A stretch of DNA of 64,000 bases from Podarcis melisellensis. Lineage: Eukaryota. A program made the position numbers and the translations under genes. The stretch lies in assembly GCA_964234715.1 (NCBI GenBank), contig OZ174283.1; one strand, given 5' to 3'. This document shows, piece after piece, positions 10,770 to 24,585 of the stretch. The notes beneath the pieces were generated by a model. That model did not search any database. It was not told the DNA's origin and saw only the letters and a program-made list of their open reading frames with translations. Every line of letters begins with the position of its first letter. Positions within the stretch are counted from its first letter, which is position 1.

Positions 10770-13700
10770 ATCTAGTGCATTGCTTGCTCACACCAAATTC
10801 TTCCTTTTTCCTTGCCCTGTCTTTAAAAAACAAACAGACTAGAAAGTTGAATCTTGGATCTGATCAAACGTACCTGTGTTGCACCAGTGAGGATCTACTA
10901 ATCCATAGGTCACATGGCGAAATGAAGGCATTGGATGAATGACGGAATGTTACTACAACATGGAAGCAGTATACATCTTACTTCTAATATATTGTATGAT
11001 GAGGATCTAACTCTCAATCTGGAACAGAGTTCCAAACTATTTATTGTATGTGAAAAGCATAGGGATTTGGGGGGAAGCCGGTGGCTTGTTTTAAAAATAG
11101 TTGAAAAGAAGAAAACTGCAATCCAATAATTAAATTTATGGGTAGCAGTAAAAACTGGAGTAATTAAGCAATGGATGTAATGGTAGGCCAACTAACATCA
11201 TGTTCCATAAGGCCCTTTTTCCAATATCTATTCTGGCTTGGACACATGCATAAATTTACTCATTAAAATTTAGCCCTTCAGTATTTAAAAGCCATGATGC
11301 CATGTTATAAAATTATTTTTCAGTTAATAAATATTGTAAAACACTGTAAACATTCAATACTTGACAAGTTTTAGGTATGCTTTAGTTTATTACAGGTTAC
11401 TTGTTTAAATAATGTATTGGAGAATAAACCAAAGCCAAACAAATCTCTTTGTGCTGGATGGGAGTAAGTATCTTAGCTCCCTAATTCAAGGTAAATTGAT
11501 TGTGTTTATTGATTGATACCATTTGAATTAAGTGCAGTTTACAAAGTTTTAATTAAGCAGTAGCTCTGTTTAATAGGCATAAAATAATGTGCATGAATTT
11601 TAAAAAATATGTTATATTTCAGTCACATTTGTGGGTAGAAGCAATTGCAAAAAGTGACCAATTAGTTGTTATTTCCCCCCTCCATTCAAGATTATTGATG
11701 TTCTAAACTACAAAGAGATACTGATGCATTTATTCCCTTTTCACAGGGAAGAGATCTATAATGCAATTTAAGAACCATGTACTTTAGCTCCATTTTCAAC
11801 TAATTGATCCTGTTGGTTTTGCCATGTCTAAGAAAAGGTATGGGGGAACTTTATAAAGGAGTTGTGCAATTACAGGCAAATTAATCAGGATACATTTTCT
11901 CCCTCTGAAATGCTGGGAGTACTAAAGAAAATGCTTGGGTCTGTTATGTAGCTTGTGTCTTATCCCGTGGAAATGTAGGACAAAACTATTGATTACACTT
12001 TATTGCAAAGCATTAAATACAGATGGTGCCATCTCAGCTTTCTACACTGAAGAAGAATGGGATGCAAAGGCCCTTCACATAAAGAGCTGTTATAAATAAC
12101 TACTGTAAATCTGGTGTTTCAGATTATTTAAAGTACAGTGATGTACTGGAATTCTGCTTGACTCAGGATCAGGACCAATGTATGTATTTTAGACAGTGAA
12201 CAGAGTGTAAATGAAGCATTTATGCCTTAGCTGCCTAGGGGAAGTACAAGGTACATTAATATTGCAGTGTTTATTTGAAATTTTTTATTACAAAATACAT
12301 TTATTGCAAACAGGAATCTAAACATCAGTACCAGTACTGCTCATGTTCAGCATTCCAGACAATCTATTTTTTGAAATAACGTTCCTTGCAGAATGCATCT
12401 CTCTCTTTTTTAGTTAGTTCACCTGTGACACCATAAATAATACATATTTATTTAAGTAGCAATATAATGCTATGGTACATTATTTACAGATAGTGATCTC
12501 CTGACATGTGCAGAAAATGTTCTCCATGAAAGTATATATTGAATATGAAAGAATTTAAGAGGAATGGCACAGATATTAGATATTTAAATGGAATAAAATT
12601 GGTATCCTCGTCCTGAAACCTTACAATATCAACACTCAAAATAATTTTGTGCTATAACTATATAGATTGCTGCTGACCCAGAGAACAAAAGAACAGCAAA
12701 AGGGTACAGAAATGATCTTGTGTCCATGTAAGGCATACACTTGTACACAAATTACCACAGGGAAACCCATTAACAGCTTTATCACATACCATAAATGTGA
12801 TGTTTTCTGTGTAATGGTCACCTATTACAGTTGGTGTATTTGGAGAAATCTTATTTCTGAATATGCTGGATTTGGTATATAATAATAACAACAGAATATC
12901 ATCCAGCATGATGTTAAGAGGTTGTAAAGTTTGGATAGAGAGCTATATGTAGGCTCTGAACATGTCACCACAAGCAAGGGGAAAAGACATGCTGGTTGCA
13001 GACCTCATTCTCTGATCATCTAGTTGTGCCCAACAACTACCAAGGAGGAAAAAATAGCATGTCCAGCTACACTGGTGTACACCTGGCTTGCACAGTTGTG
13101 TGGCACAGCTTCTAGGGCAGAAGAGATGGAAAACTGGAGCAAAAGGAAACTGAGAAAGCCCACAGTGGTGTACTAAGTACTGTGGGAAGCAGAGAGCAAA
13201 AGTGCTAGGGAAGCTACACAAGACACAGAATAGTTAAATGAACTGAGAAAGAAGGTTGTGACCTGAGAAATAATAATCTTATGAAAAATGGGTGACAGTA
13301 ACATTTCAGCTGAAGAAGAAACTTTATGCATGCAAATAGATGCACAATGAAGCTTCTTTCTCCATCTATATGAATGATTTGCTTACAGGATGCCTTAACC
13401 CATGACAGATGGTTGAATTTTGTCAACTATATTTAATCAACTTCCTTTCGAACTCAGAATTATAGTAAGCATACAAGGCTAATGGGGAGAGGTCAGACTT
13501 GGGGGGGTCTCATTTTCTCTAATTTTGTTGGTTGTTGATAATGGCCTGGTTTTCACATAATGCTAAGCCATAGTTGGTCTGAACATCCAAACCCATCCCA
13601 TCCCACTGACTGTAGTTCATATTCTGAGAAAAGAACATGCTATGAAGCCATGGTTTATTGTTGGTTTACAAATAATGGCTTGTTTTAACTATAGTTTGAC

Positions 13701-16700
13701 ATTCTCTCTGACTGTAACAGCCTTACTTAACCTTGGTTTGTTTGGCCACACCCCTCCAATGGTCACCAAGTTACAGAAGCACATGGAAAGATGAACTAGC
13801 AAACAAAAGTGCTTGTTAGAATAAGCCTCTCTCCCTGGTACTTAAAGGAAGCCCTTATTCCTAACGCCAGACAACAGATTCTTTCCCCCACTCAAATCCT
13901 CCATAGTAAACCTTCCATCACAAGCTAGGCTGAGATTGCTTTGTGAGGTGGGAGGGAAATTTAAATAGATACTTTCATTTAAAGTCTGGGCATTCCAAGC
14001 AATTGGAACGGGATCTTCTGTGGTTTATGCTAGTATCCCGAGGGCATTAGTTGGTGCTGCAGACCACCCAGGACTAAGGAATGTTGCTATTGTATCTTTT
14101 TCCCTTTGACACCACAAGAAATACACGTACATGGATAGGCCAAGCAGTGAACGACCTGGAGTCCTTGCAAAACAGGTAGACTTTTCTGCAGTGGAAAAAT
14201 AGTTTTGGAACCAATTCACAGAGGTGCAAATGATGCCATTTCTTTGGGCAAGGGAAACAGTGCTGGAAAAAAAGTTACTTCAGGTAGCTTTCAAAAGTTT
14301 TATGTTAAAAGACTTTTGTCATTACCCTTTACAACTAAACACAGTTGACTAAGGTTTGGAGGGGGGAAATTCGCACTTGCTGTCAAAGGAAGACAAGGTG
14401 GAAAAAAATACACCAAAGTGATGAGAAATCTGCTTGATTTCCTGAAGCGTTTTACAAATCAGGAAGACAGTGTTCATGGGTGGAAGGGAAGTTGTATGTT
14501 CTGTGTTCAGAAGTATGTTATAGCTCAACTGCTATATTTTTTCAGTTATGAGTTGAAGGCTACCCACCTCCCCTAGAAATGAGATTTCTCTCCATTCTCA
14601 AGTAATATTACTTTTGCTTCCTTCTTTCTTATGCTAACCTGGGCAGTTATCTGGCAGCTACAAATAATTTGCCTTTAATGAGATTGGCCTTGTATTCCAA
14701 ATTAAATATTTTCCAAGTAAATGAACTTCAAAGTAAATTATGTCCCCCCCCCAAATGTATTCTCTTGGTTCTAACACACCAGCGACCCACTGCCTCATAT
14801 TGAAACTTTATCAGGTGGTTCATTTGTTCAGCCAGATGGTTATAAGAAACAATAGAAAATGGGAAATAGATGGAAGCCCATTATTTTAAAAAGTGTTTGA
14901 TATCTATATTTTATTCCTGTGAAAATAAGCCTTAGAATTTGCAGTACAGTATAGTTGGCTTAGGAATCTGGTGATACTTATCCACATTTGAGCATTTTGT
15001 TTTAGTTGTTAATCTACTTTCCCCCCATTCATATTAGATCAGAATAGTCCACAACTGTACATATTTTGGGAAACTTTGGTCTGTCCCATTTGTAATGGGA
15101 GGTGTTCCATTTTGGTTTTGTTCCTGCCTTCTAATTTGTCAGTACTTTTCTACCTATTAAGTAATGATATAATATTCACACAGATAGCTGCATGTACACC
15201 CTGGGATGTTTTTGTTTTTGTTTTAATCCCCATCCAAAAAATGTGAAAAGCACACAGGTACCTGTAAATGTGCTTGTGAATTTTCTGTTTTTGTGCAAAT
15301 CTGAGGATCAAAAGATGAGAGAGCGAGAGAGTGCTTCTAAAACACCCTAAGTAGCATGCTGGAAAAGAAATGAAAACAGCTGTAAATCTGCAGCACACAA
15401 TTTTCAGACTGTTGCCCAATATATCTGACTTTTTTATGTGGTTTGCTTGTGCATTTTTCTGGTTTTGTGAAATCTGAGGGATTCAAAGGGTGGGGGGGTA
15501 CTCTTCCATTCAGGAGTGCACTGGAACTAGGAGCACAGCCAGAAAATAAATGAAAGCATTGAGGAAGTAGTGTGTGTGGAAGGGGGGAGTAGAAGCAAGT
15601 GATAGTTGTGCCCCAAAACATCAAAACAAATGGAGTGTTTTGGAGCCTGATTTCCTACAACTTACTGGATCATCCCTGTGTTGGGTAAACCCTGTGTTGG
15701 GAAAAGTGTCAAGACTGGGGTTGTTTGAGGATAACATCTTGTGAACTGCACAATTTAATTGGGAATTCAAACAGCTGCAGACACACAGGGAACTCTAATG
15801 TGCCACCAAATACAAGTAAAGTACAGTATAAAGCATAAGTGGTTAACCATTTTTGGTCTGAGGGTTGTATTCATCCTTGGCTCATCTTCCCGAGTCTTCA
15901 GGCCAGTGGTGAGTGTGGCCACCCCACACTCTCACATGCACACAATAATAGGCAAGCAATAATATAGCTACATAGTCCTCTCCTCTCAGCTGATTGATGA
16001 AGTTCAGTTGAGGAGGGGTGTTCACTCCATCTCTGCTCATTAAATTATCAGTCTATTGACCAGAGAGAGGATGATTTGCATTGTCATCAGGGCTGCCCAC
16101 TCCAGTGCTGTATCTAATTTACTTTCCTCCCTCTCCCCAATCTGTGTCTACTTTGCTTTTCCCCTGTCAAAATTGATGGATTCTTGGAGAACGCAGAAAA
16201 AATTTGCTTGGTGGGCTACTTTATGAAGTGAGGGTTATCTACGCTTGGTATAAATTATAGAAATATATTTTAATTCAATTTACAGTAAGGGCCAAACTCG
16301 ATGTGATGTCAGGAGAGCCATAATGAGATTTCTCGCCATTTTTACAAAGGTTAAAGCAGCCACAGAAGCTCCAGAATTGAATTGGGGACAAAGTATTAGG
16401 AAAGGGGACTAACATTTTCCTCCCTGTGCCATATTATTTTATATTCTGGATCTCCCTTGAAACTGTTTTTAGCCCTGTGGGGGAAAACACATAGGCCCAT
16501 GGATTTGCCCTCTCTGGTTTCTTTCTTTGCTGCAAAAAGGATAAAATATTATAAATATAATAAATAATAAAAGACTCATTAGAAAAGAGAGATTGGCAAA
16601 CAGCAAGTATTAATATCCCCATCTGCTCAGCTTTGGCAGAGCAGCTTTTATCTGGATGAAAAGTATCTTCTGATATGAGGTTCCTAGTGAACCTGCATGT

Positions 16701-17807
16701 GCATCACAGTTAGACACTGACATGCATTCCATCACCTGCAGCTAGGTCTATGACCCATGTTACTATGCATCATCTTAAGCTGCATAAAAGACTTACTATA
16801 CGTTATGAACAGTGAAATAGTTCCCCATGCTACAATGCTACCATAACCAATACAACCATTTGTTTAACTGGATTTCACCTAAAATAAGTATTTGTAATTG
16901 CTTTCTAAAAACTGGACTGCATTGCTTTTCTTATGCATGTTTGTAATGACTGTTAATGTCCCCTGAGAAGCTTCATATTAAAACATTGAACATATTTATC
17001 GATCAACTACTGGGTATATCTCAGATTAATTTTAACTTTAAAGCACTGTAGATTTCTACGACTTGTCTGACTTATCATGACATTTTAGTGACTGCATATC
17101 TTTGTTTGGGGGACAATAGAGCAGCAGCAAAACTGGAAATCAGCCAAATAACATCAGTATGCTTTTTTTCCTTCCCTGACTCACCATGCCCTTTTGTATA
17201 CTTGGGCAAACTCAATTCACTGTACTCAATAATACACAATACAAACTACTGTTGCAGCTATTCTTTGTGGCCCAGCTGCTTCTGGATTTCTTTAAATACA
17301 AATGAGCATTGTGCAGAATTGTTGGCAGTGCAGAACTCCAAACCAAATGAGCTCTGATGAAAATATTGCTACTATGTGTCTGAAACTGTTTTTATTCAAA
17401 ATATTGCAGATGTATGCATGCAAACAAATAATGATATGCATGCAGATATGCATACGCTAAAGCAAGTTCAGAAACAGAAAAGCAGATACAATTTAATAAA
17501 AATAAATGTCAGCATGAAAGTTTTTGAAGAAGTTATGCCTATTTTATCATCCATTTCATAATGTAGTTTATTGGATCATCCTCCCATGACATCTAGCACT
17601 TCCTAAAAGGAAAGAAATGATGTCATTATAATTATCCTTCATTTCCTGCTATAATTATGTGAAATTAGTTGATTGATATATTTCAACCTTCCACAGGGAA
17701 AAGCCCTGTAATTCTGGGCACTTAATGTTTTACAAAAACTCCTGCAGTACCACAAGAAATGGCTCTTGGCTACATTGACCATTTATATCATGAACATCAT
17801 CATTAGC

Positions 17808-17808
<1 letters not shown>

Positions 17809-17870
<62 letters not shown>
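17809..17870. repeat. (TTTC)n microsatellite
   Basis: Direct reading. Confidence 0.97.
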
Positions 17871-19054
17871 GCCTTTTGCACCAAGGAATTTACATCAATG
17901 CCACAAACTTACAAAAGCACATACAATAATATACAAACTAACTAAAAGTAATCATATAGAAATGTAATAGACCAGTATATTTAATATTGTTTTCTCATTT
18001 TTGTAAGTTAGAAGGGAAATTAAATAAGATTTCATGTGTAAGTATTATCCATCCAAAAGACATAAGGCCTCAGTGGCTAGGAGTGTCTTACTAGCTACAG
18101 CTGCTGTGTCAACTCTGGCTGTTCTTGGCTGCAGTGATCCATGCACTGGCAAACCCTACACTCAGTTATTGCAGTGTGCTCTATCTAGGGCTACCCCACT
18201 GCAGTGAAAAACACCACAGCTTGACTGTTGATGAGAACAGACAGCACAGCACGTTAACCCAGTGCTCAAAAGGCTGCACTGGCTGCCCATACATTACTTG
18301 GTAAGGTTCAAGATTCTTGTATTACTTTGCAAGACCCTAAACAATTTGGGCTGAGGCTGTCTCAAGGACCTGTTCACTGAAATCTTTGTAAACCATAAAG
18401 AGCTAAGAGGTATATTCATTGTTAAAATTAATGAATGATTTAAAGCATAGCCATATTCAGGTGCTTGCATCAAATTATAGAAAAGCAAATTATGCAGTAC
18501 ATTAAATAAACTAGCTATGTAAAAGTCAGTGAAAGCAAGAGCATTTATGTTCTTTCAGTTCTCTTTATAGGGACATACTTCCACACTCAGTGGATTCATT
18601 GCTATTTTCTTTACTAAGTTCCAGCTACTAATTAAGAGAACATATATGTAGACATGTTAAATGTTGTAATTGGAGGTCAAATTTGTCCATAATTATGCAT
18701 GTGTTGTACAGATATGCCCAGATAGCTGATACTGGCTTTAGCTTCCTGTCACATTTATTATTTGTCACCATATAACATGTGAAGCTCTGGTTACTAAATT
18801 TGGCCACAGAGGTCGAAAGTGACCTATTTCCTAACACTATAATTGTTGGTTGCTGATGCACATATGAAAATGAATAGATATAAAAGTAATGACGTTTTCA
18901 TTAGTATAGCCTGGAAGGAAAGAAAGACTTCAAGATATATTATCTGCAGAGTTCTTCATTTTAAATAAAGATTCTTTAAAAAGTCAAATAATATATATCA
19001 TATTAATATTGATACAATATCGTTCGCAAAAAGCAGGTGTGATGTAAGTCATTA

Positions 19055-19182
19055 NNNNNNNNNNNNNNNNNNNNNNNNNNNNNNNNNNNNNNNNNNNNNN
19101 NNNNNNNNNNNNNNNNNNNNNNNNNNNNNNNNNNNNNNNNNNNNNNNNNNNNNNNNNNNNNNNNNNNNNNNNNNNNNNNNNN
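19055..19182. other. Assembly gap (128 N)
   Basis: Run of n. Confidence 0.99.
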
Positions 19183-21444
19183 ATCAATGAAAACCTTTAC
19201 TACTTTGGTTCAGAGCCAGGGAAGCTCAAGAGCATTTAGGGATTGGTGTTATCAGCACTCTGTTGCATATGCATGAACCCAAGTGGTGGGGAAATGCGAA
19301 GCTACCAGACCTGAATGCAAAAACAATGTCAACAAAAACTGAGAATGTAGATGTATTGTGTTACCATAACATAGCTCCTTAACAACATACTAGAATTTTC
19401 ACATGTAATAAAACCTGCAGACTTAATTCTGGACAGTCAACAGCATCTTTCTTTAAACAGCATCATCACTTTTATCTTCATTCTATTGCTTGTTTTGTTT
19501 TCAAGCTCCAACAGGAAAATATTTTTCCCTGTGAGTAACTAGTTGATGGCTTGTACTCATGGGGAAAAATGAACTTATTCCAAAACACTGATTTGAAGTT
19601 TTGTTGATAGGTGTCACTGTCCCTCACATTCCCTGTTGTGAGCATGAGCTGAGTTGAATGTGTATCTTGACCCATAAAAGTTAATGCCACTTGGCTGAGC
19701 ATCCTGACTTCAGCATTTCCTGCTGTAAAATAAACAAGATTATATCCCCTCTACCCCTCTGCATCTTTTCAGGAGACACTTTAACATCCAGAATGTTGCT
19801 TTTAACTATCTACTGAGTCAGAGATAAAAAGAACACATTTTCTAAGCCAGCTTTCATTTACTGTTAAAATAAATTATATGTTGGGTACAGACTAAGTCAG
19901 AAATCCTCACTCTTACCTAGGAGTAAGGCCCACTGAATTCAAACAGACAAAGTTAGGATTGCCCCCTAAAGTAGTTGCATTCATGGATAGTCCATTGAAA
20001 TCAATGTGAAAAATTAGATGTGACTAATATAAGACCCATTGATTCTAATATAAACTACATTTAACGAAGTACAATAAGATTGTTTTGCAAATTTGCCCTC
20101 TGAGAACTTATAGTTTGGAATTCAAACTTCCTCAGCCACTGATTATGTGCAGTTGAAGTGGGAAAGCCTCTGATACATGCAAGCAATTTTGGACGTTTTT
20201 GTACTCATTTGTGTGTGGACAATAATAAAACATAATATGAGAAGAAGCCCTTGGAATGGACCATAAGACAGCTACATGCCACACAAGTATAAATACATTT
20301 GTACTTGGAACATCCCTGTTTTATCTCTTGTGATATAAACAGTAAGATTCATTCAGTGGGCTATCAAGACGGTGAACTGATGTAATGTACAAGTACCTGA
20401 TCTGTGCTCTGATAAACCTGCCACCTTTTGTCATAAGCTACGTACCAAAGATTTAATGTTACCCCATTGCATGTTCCTTCATTTTCACTGGATTTCCCAA
20501 ATGAAATGTCATCCTATTTGATGGATATCATTAAAGACAGTTTGATGTATCTGGTCCCTACTGTAAGAGAATAAAGAATTCAGGTTGTGATAGTTAAATT
20601 TAGATAGTAGCATTTCAAAGTCTGAGAAAGAAGATTTAAGGGAAAACTTAGACAATTGCAATTTTTCCTCAAAAGGAAAAATATAGATGAAGATGTATTG
20701 AAGTCTTAAATCATTGCAGGTGTGGCAGTCCGCTTTGGAAAAAGGCATTGTTAGTGTAGTGTTGCAGGTTGTTGTAGTCTGAAGAAACGAAACAGACACC
20801 TGGAAGTTTGTAACATTTTATCCAAAGTCTAGAAGTACTAATTGTCATTCTGAAAACATTAAGTAATTGTTACAAATATAACATGGGATACAGGGTAATA
20901 ACAGTGATCAGTGCTCATCTTGAAAGCTTTGCTCATTCAAATCATGGATAAATCACATAAAGGCAAGCCCCCCCCCCCAAAAAAAACTCAGGAAGTGAAA
21001 TAATTTAGTGGTAAATCATGTAACTAGGCTAACATGAATCACCGAAAATGGTACCAGCTTCTATGATTTAGGTGACATATAAAAAATAGCCCTTCGTGGA
21101 TTGACAGTTATAGGAATTAATGATAAAATTATTCAGCGGTGGTATGTTCTCTTCTTACCATTTGTCATCTTGCATCTGATTACTTCTAAGAATTTAATTA
21201 AGGGGGCAACTGAAGTATCCAGACCTTTAGTAACTCTGACAATCTGATGCTTTTTTGTGGTCTTTTCAAAGAAAACGTATGGCTTTTTCATAGCCCTCTG
21301 TCTGCCAATTGTTGTGTACTTCTAAATGCATACCGTTTGCTTTGCCTGCTGTTATATATATGAAAAATAAGATTTAAAAACCATATGGGAAAGCCAGCAT
21401 TGCAGTAAAAGTACTAGAAGAGCAGATACTGATTTACACAAATA

Positions 21445-21670
21445 CAGTGGTACCTCGGGTTACATACGCTTCAGGCTACACACTCCGCTAACCCAGAAAT
21501 AGTGCTTCAGGTTAAGAACTTTGCTTCAGGATAAAAACAGAAATCGGGCTCCGGTGGCGTGGCAGCAGCAGGAGGCCCTATTAGCTAAAGTGGTGCTTCA
21601 GGTTAAGAACAGTTTCAGGTTAAGTACGGACCTCCGGAACAAATTAAGTACTTAACCTGAGGTACCACTG
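21445..21670 (+). mobile_element. Tc1/mariner-type MITE
   Basis: TA-CAGTGGTACCTCGGGTTA ... TAACCTGAGGTACCACTG-TA; same family as 33337-33501 and 56234-56456. Confidence 0.93.
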
Positions 21671-22522
21671 TACTGAATGGTAAAAGGTAATTTATATATG
21701 GAAGCAAATATGCACAATACTAAATCCCTATATTAAGCTTGGTGTGTTCTATAGAAACTACTGTAGTATAGCAACAGAAGTGTTAAAAGTAAATCTGTAT
21801 GAGTGAATCACAGAATAAGAATGAATTCTAAATGGCTAACAAGTTCACTCAAATGGAAACTTGTAGTTGGTTGAATTTTCTTTAATGATCTCAGTAGCAC
21901 TTTAGTAATCTGTACTGAAATAGTAGGGTGATTTTATTTTGTTGTATCAATTCTGTCAACCAAATTATTTCCATTTATTTAGAAAATAAAAGTGTCAGGA
22001 ACTGTAAGAGCAGATATTGGGTAGCAAATACTTAAAAAAAATAACCTGGAAGTAAATTTTATATGCAATATAGAACAGTTGAAAGCCCTCTTCATTCAGC
22101 TTTTAAGTTTTAATTCAGAACAGTTTCAGTGTTTTAAAGTATCTAAATTAGTGTTTTCCTCTATCTCTCAAAGCAGAAATTAAATCAGTTTTAATTTGTT
22201 TTATTTTCTAACACTGTGGAAATAATTATTGCTGCAGAGTCTTTTTAATTGTTTTCAACTAGGTGCTTGTCTTTAAGTTGCAATAGCCTTCTAATTGCAC
22301 ATTGTTGATATTCCCTTTTCAATTGTGACAAAGCATCATAAATCCAAGTATTTAGGTTTATTGAATTTTGGAATGGGGTGATTAGTTGTAGAATGGATAA
22401 ATGACCTGATGCAAAACAAAATGAATTTTATGATTTACTGTGCTGTACAGGTTCCCTTGGAACCATTATGTGTAAATTGCAAGATAGCATTTAGAAGTAA
22501 GTGATCATATTTATAATCACGG

Positions 22523-22523
<1 letters not shown>

Positions 22524-22558
<35 letters not shown>
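22524..22558. repeat. (TA)n microsatellite
   Basis: Direct reading. Confidence 0.97.
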
Positions 22559-22560
<2 letters not shown>

Positions 22561-22871
22561 ACAGTAAGCATATTCAAAAAGGAGTAATTGTTGAATAAGT
22601 GTTTTCCATACACAGTTGATTTTTATTACCAATCCAGCTATGTGTTTTGCCCTGTAACAGTATGCAGTATTAAATTGTTGTGAACTATGGGGAATAGTTG
22701 CAGTTTTTATGAATGAATATATTTCCTCCCTAAATTATTCATATGTTCTAATTTATTCTAATGAGATGCTATCAGAAAATATCACTAACCAGTGATTTTC
22801 ACCTGAGAGATAAAGTCAATATGGTTGCATGGTGGTGCTAATTTAACTGTTTCCATATTTGAGAACAGTTT

Positions 22872-23018
22872 GCAAGGGATAGCTCAGTCAGTAGAACATG
22901 AGACTCTTAATCTCAGGATTGTGGGTTCAAGCCCCACACTGAGCAGAAGATTCCTGTATTGCAAGGGACTAGATGACCCTTGTGGGCCATTCCAACTCTA
23001 CGATACTACGATTCTATG
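22872..23018 (+). mobile_element. tRNA-Lys(CTT)-derived SINE with CR1-type 3' tail
   Basis: TAGCTCAGTCAGTAGAACATGAGACTCTTAATCTCAGGATTGTGGGTTCAAGCCCCAC resembles tRNA-Lys(CTT); followed by the CR1 3' end ACTAGATGACC...TTCCAACTCTACGA...ATTCTATG. Confidence 0.88.
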
Positions 23019-24076
23019 TGTTAAGGTACTGACACTGTCTGAAATAAAATCTTCAGGTTGCATCCAATGTTGTGGTTACATGAGTAGAACAGCTTCTACA
23101 GCAGGACATCTCCTTCCCCTGTAAGATCTTATCCGGAGGGTTGGGGTACATGGAGACGGAAGGGGGAAGGAGAGGAAGGGGATATCCTGTTGCACAAACA
23201 GAAAGCTGATAGTGATATGTTAGATACAACCATTTCCATATAATGCAACAGATGCTAATACTTGTTGTTGGAGTTCCATGGTCAGTAGTACATCAAAAGC
23301 CCTGTGTCTGTGCCCCTGGCACTTCTCTTCCTTCACACAAATAGCTTTAACCATTAGATTTTTCTATTCAGTCATTTATTAGGGAGATGGAATTACATGA
23401 CACTCTACCCCCGCTGCCCATATACAATCCAGCAGTTCCTTGTTGGGACATCAGTTAGGTATAGTTTAAGGCCTTACCCTGTGACTTACCAGCCTCATCA
23501 GCACCTTCTTCCCACTGGGCTTTGGTTTAGCTGGAATTCCACTCAGGCCCTCCCAACCCACCCTTTCTCTTTCTCCACATTGTCACAAACCCTGCAGAGA
23601 TGTATTGGTGGGACAGAGTGGGAGAAGGAATGAGAAGAGAATGTGGAATAAAGGAATTGGATTCTGGAGAGGGGCCTAGCAGGGTAGAAGGCACCAATCC
23701 AGTTATTTAATAAGGGCTGAGTAGATTGTCAAAGGGCAGAATGCTAACCCTATCAACTAAGCCAGCATCAACAAGGATGCAGAGATGATTGTGCCAGCAT
23801 GAACAGATTAAGGAAACCCAACCCAGTCAGAGGATTGCCCATTTGCTTGCCTAGTCCTGTAGCTCGGGATGCCAACCACACAAACGACTGGGCATACCCT
23901 GCTCTTCAAAAGCAAAACCTTTGTGTGTATATGTGTGTCATGTTTTTGGACAATATATTAGCTGACACCTGTCCAGTGCAACAACTGTTAACCCAAATGC
24001 TTTTTAACCTGACTTATGTACTGTAGAGTATACTGATCCAACCCATTCAGACTCAAAGTCTGAGCAGAAACATGCC

Positions 24077-24585
24077 TGTTATGAGTTTGGGGGTTCCAGA
24101 CACCTATAATTCCTAGATCCAGTAAGTATTAGAATTTAATCAAGGCTTGGAGTGTTAAACTGGGTGCCAGACCCTGAACTCCTCGAATCAGCAAGTGTTA
24201 AAATATAGGCCAGGCTAGTTTCATGAAGGGGCAATCACCTGGGGTGATGAGCCATTAAGAAAACAAATAAAATGTGATGGACCATTAAGAAAGCAAGGAG
24301 AGGGGGCTTTGTGCTAGAGGACAAATGGGTGGGAATAGTTAGAAATACAATGCTAGAGTTTAAAGTAAAAAGTGTATGTGATGTGACCTAGAGAAAAAAA
24401 TGGTTGCAGGCTGGAAAAAGCAGAGAGTGAGCCATAGCTGATTTCTCCTGAAATCCGAGGCTGGGGCTATGAGGTACTGATGCTCAGGTTTTATATGTGT
24501 GTAAATAAACCATATATCATACGGACACTACTATCTCCACTGGCAGACCCTGTTGTCTGTATACCAAATTCACTGGACTATAACA
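24077..24585 (+). mobile_element. Putative solo LTR (Gypsy-like)
   Basis: Begins TGTTAT and ends ATAACA (inverted termini, TG..CA); AATAAA about 80 bp from the 3' end; internal short duplications; no clear TSD. Confidence 0.5.

Noticed and set aside
18984-19187. ORF spanning N run
   Set aside because: Assembly gap artefact
20777-20800. Hammerhead-like CTGAAGA-AAC-GAAAC
   Set aside because: No stem II and no NUH cleavage triplet in position; chance match
22872-22945. Functional tRNA-Lys gene
   Set aside because: Acceptor stem does not pair, D-loop GG is lost, there is no T-run terminator, and it is fused to a CR1 tail
23056-23231. Possible old MITE with GGTTGCATCCAA/TTAGATACAACC ends, and similar decayed palindromic repeats near 29150-29320 and 35205-35425
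   Set aside because: Too diverged to define boundaries or TSDs by eye
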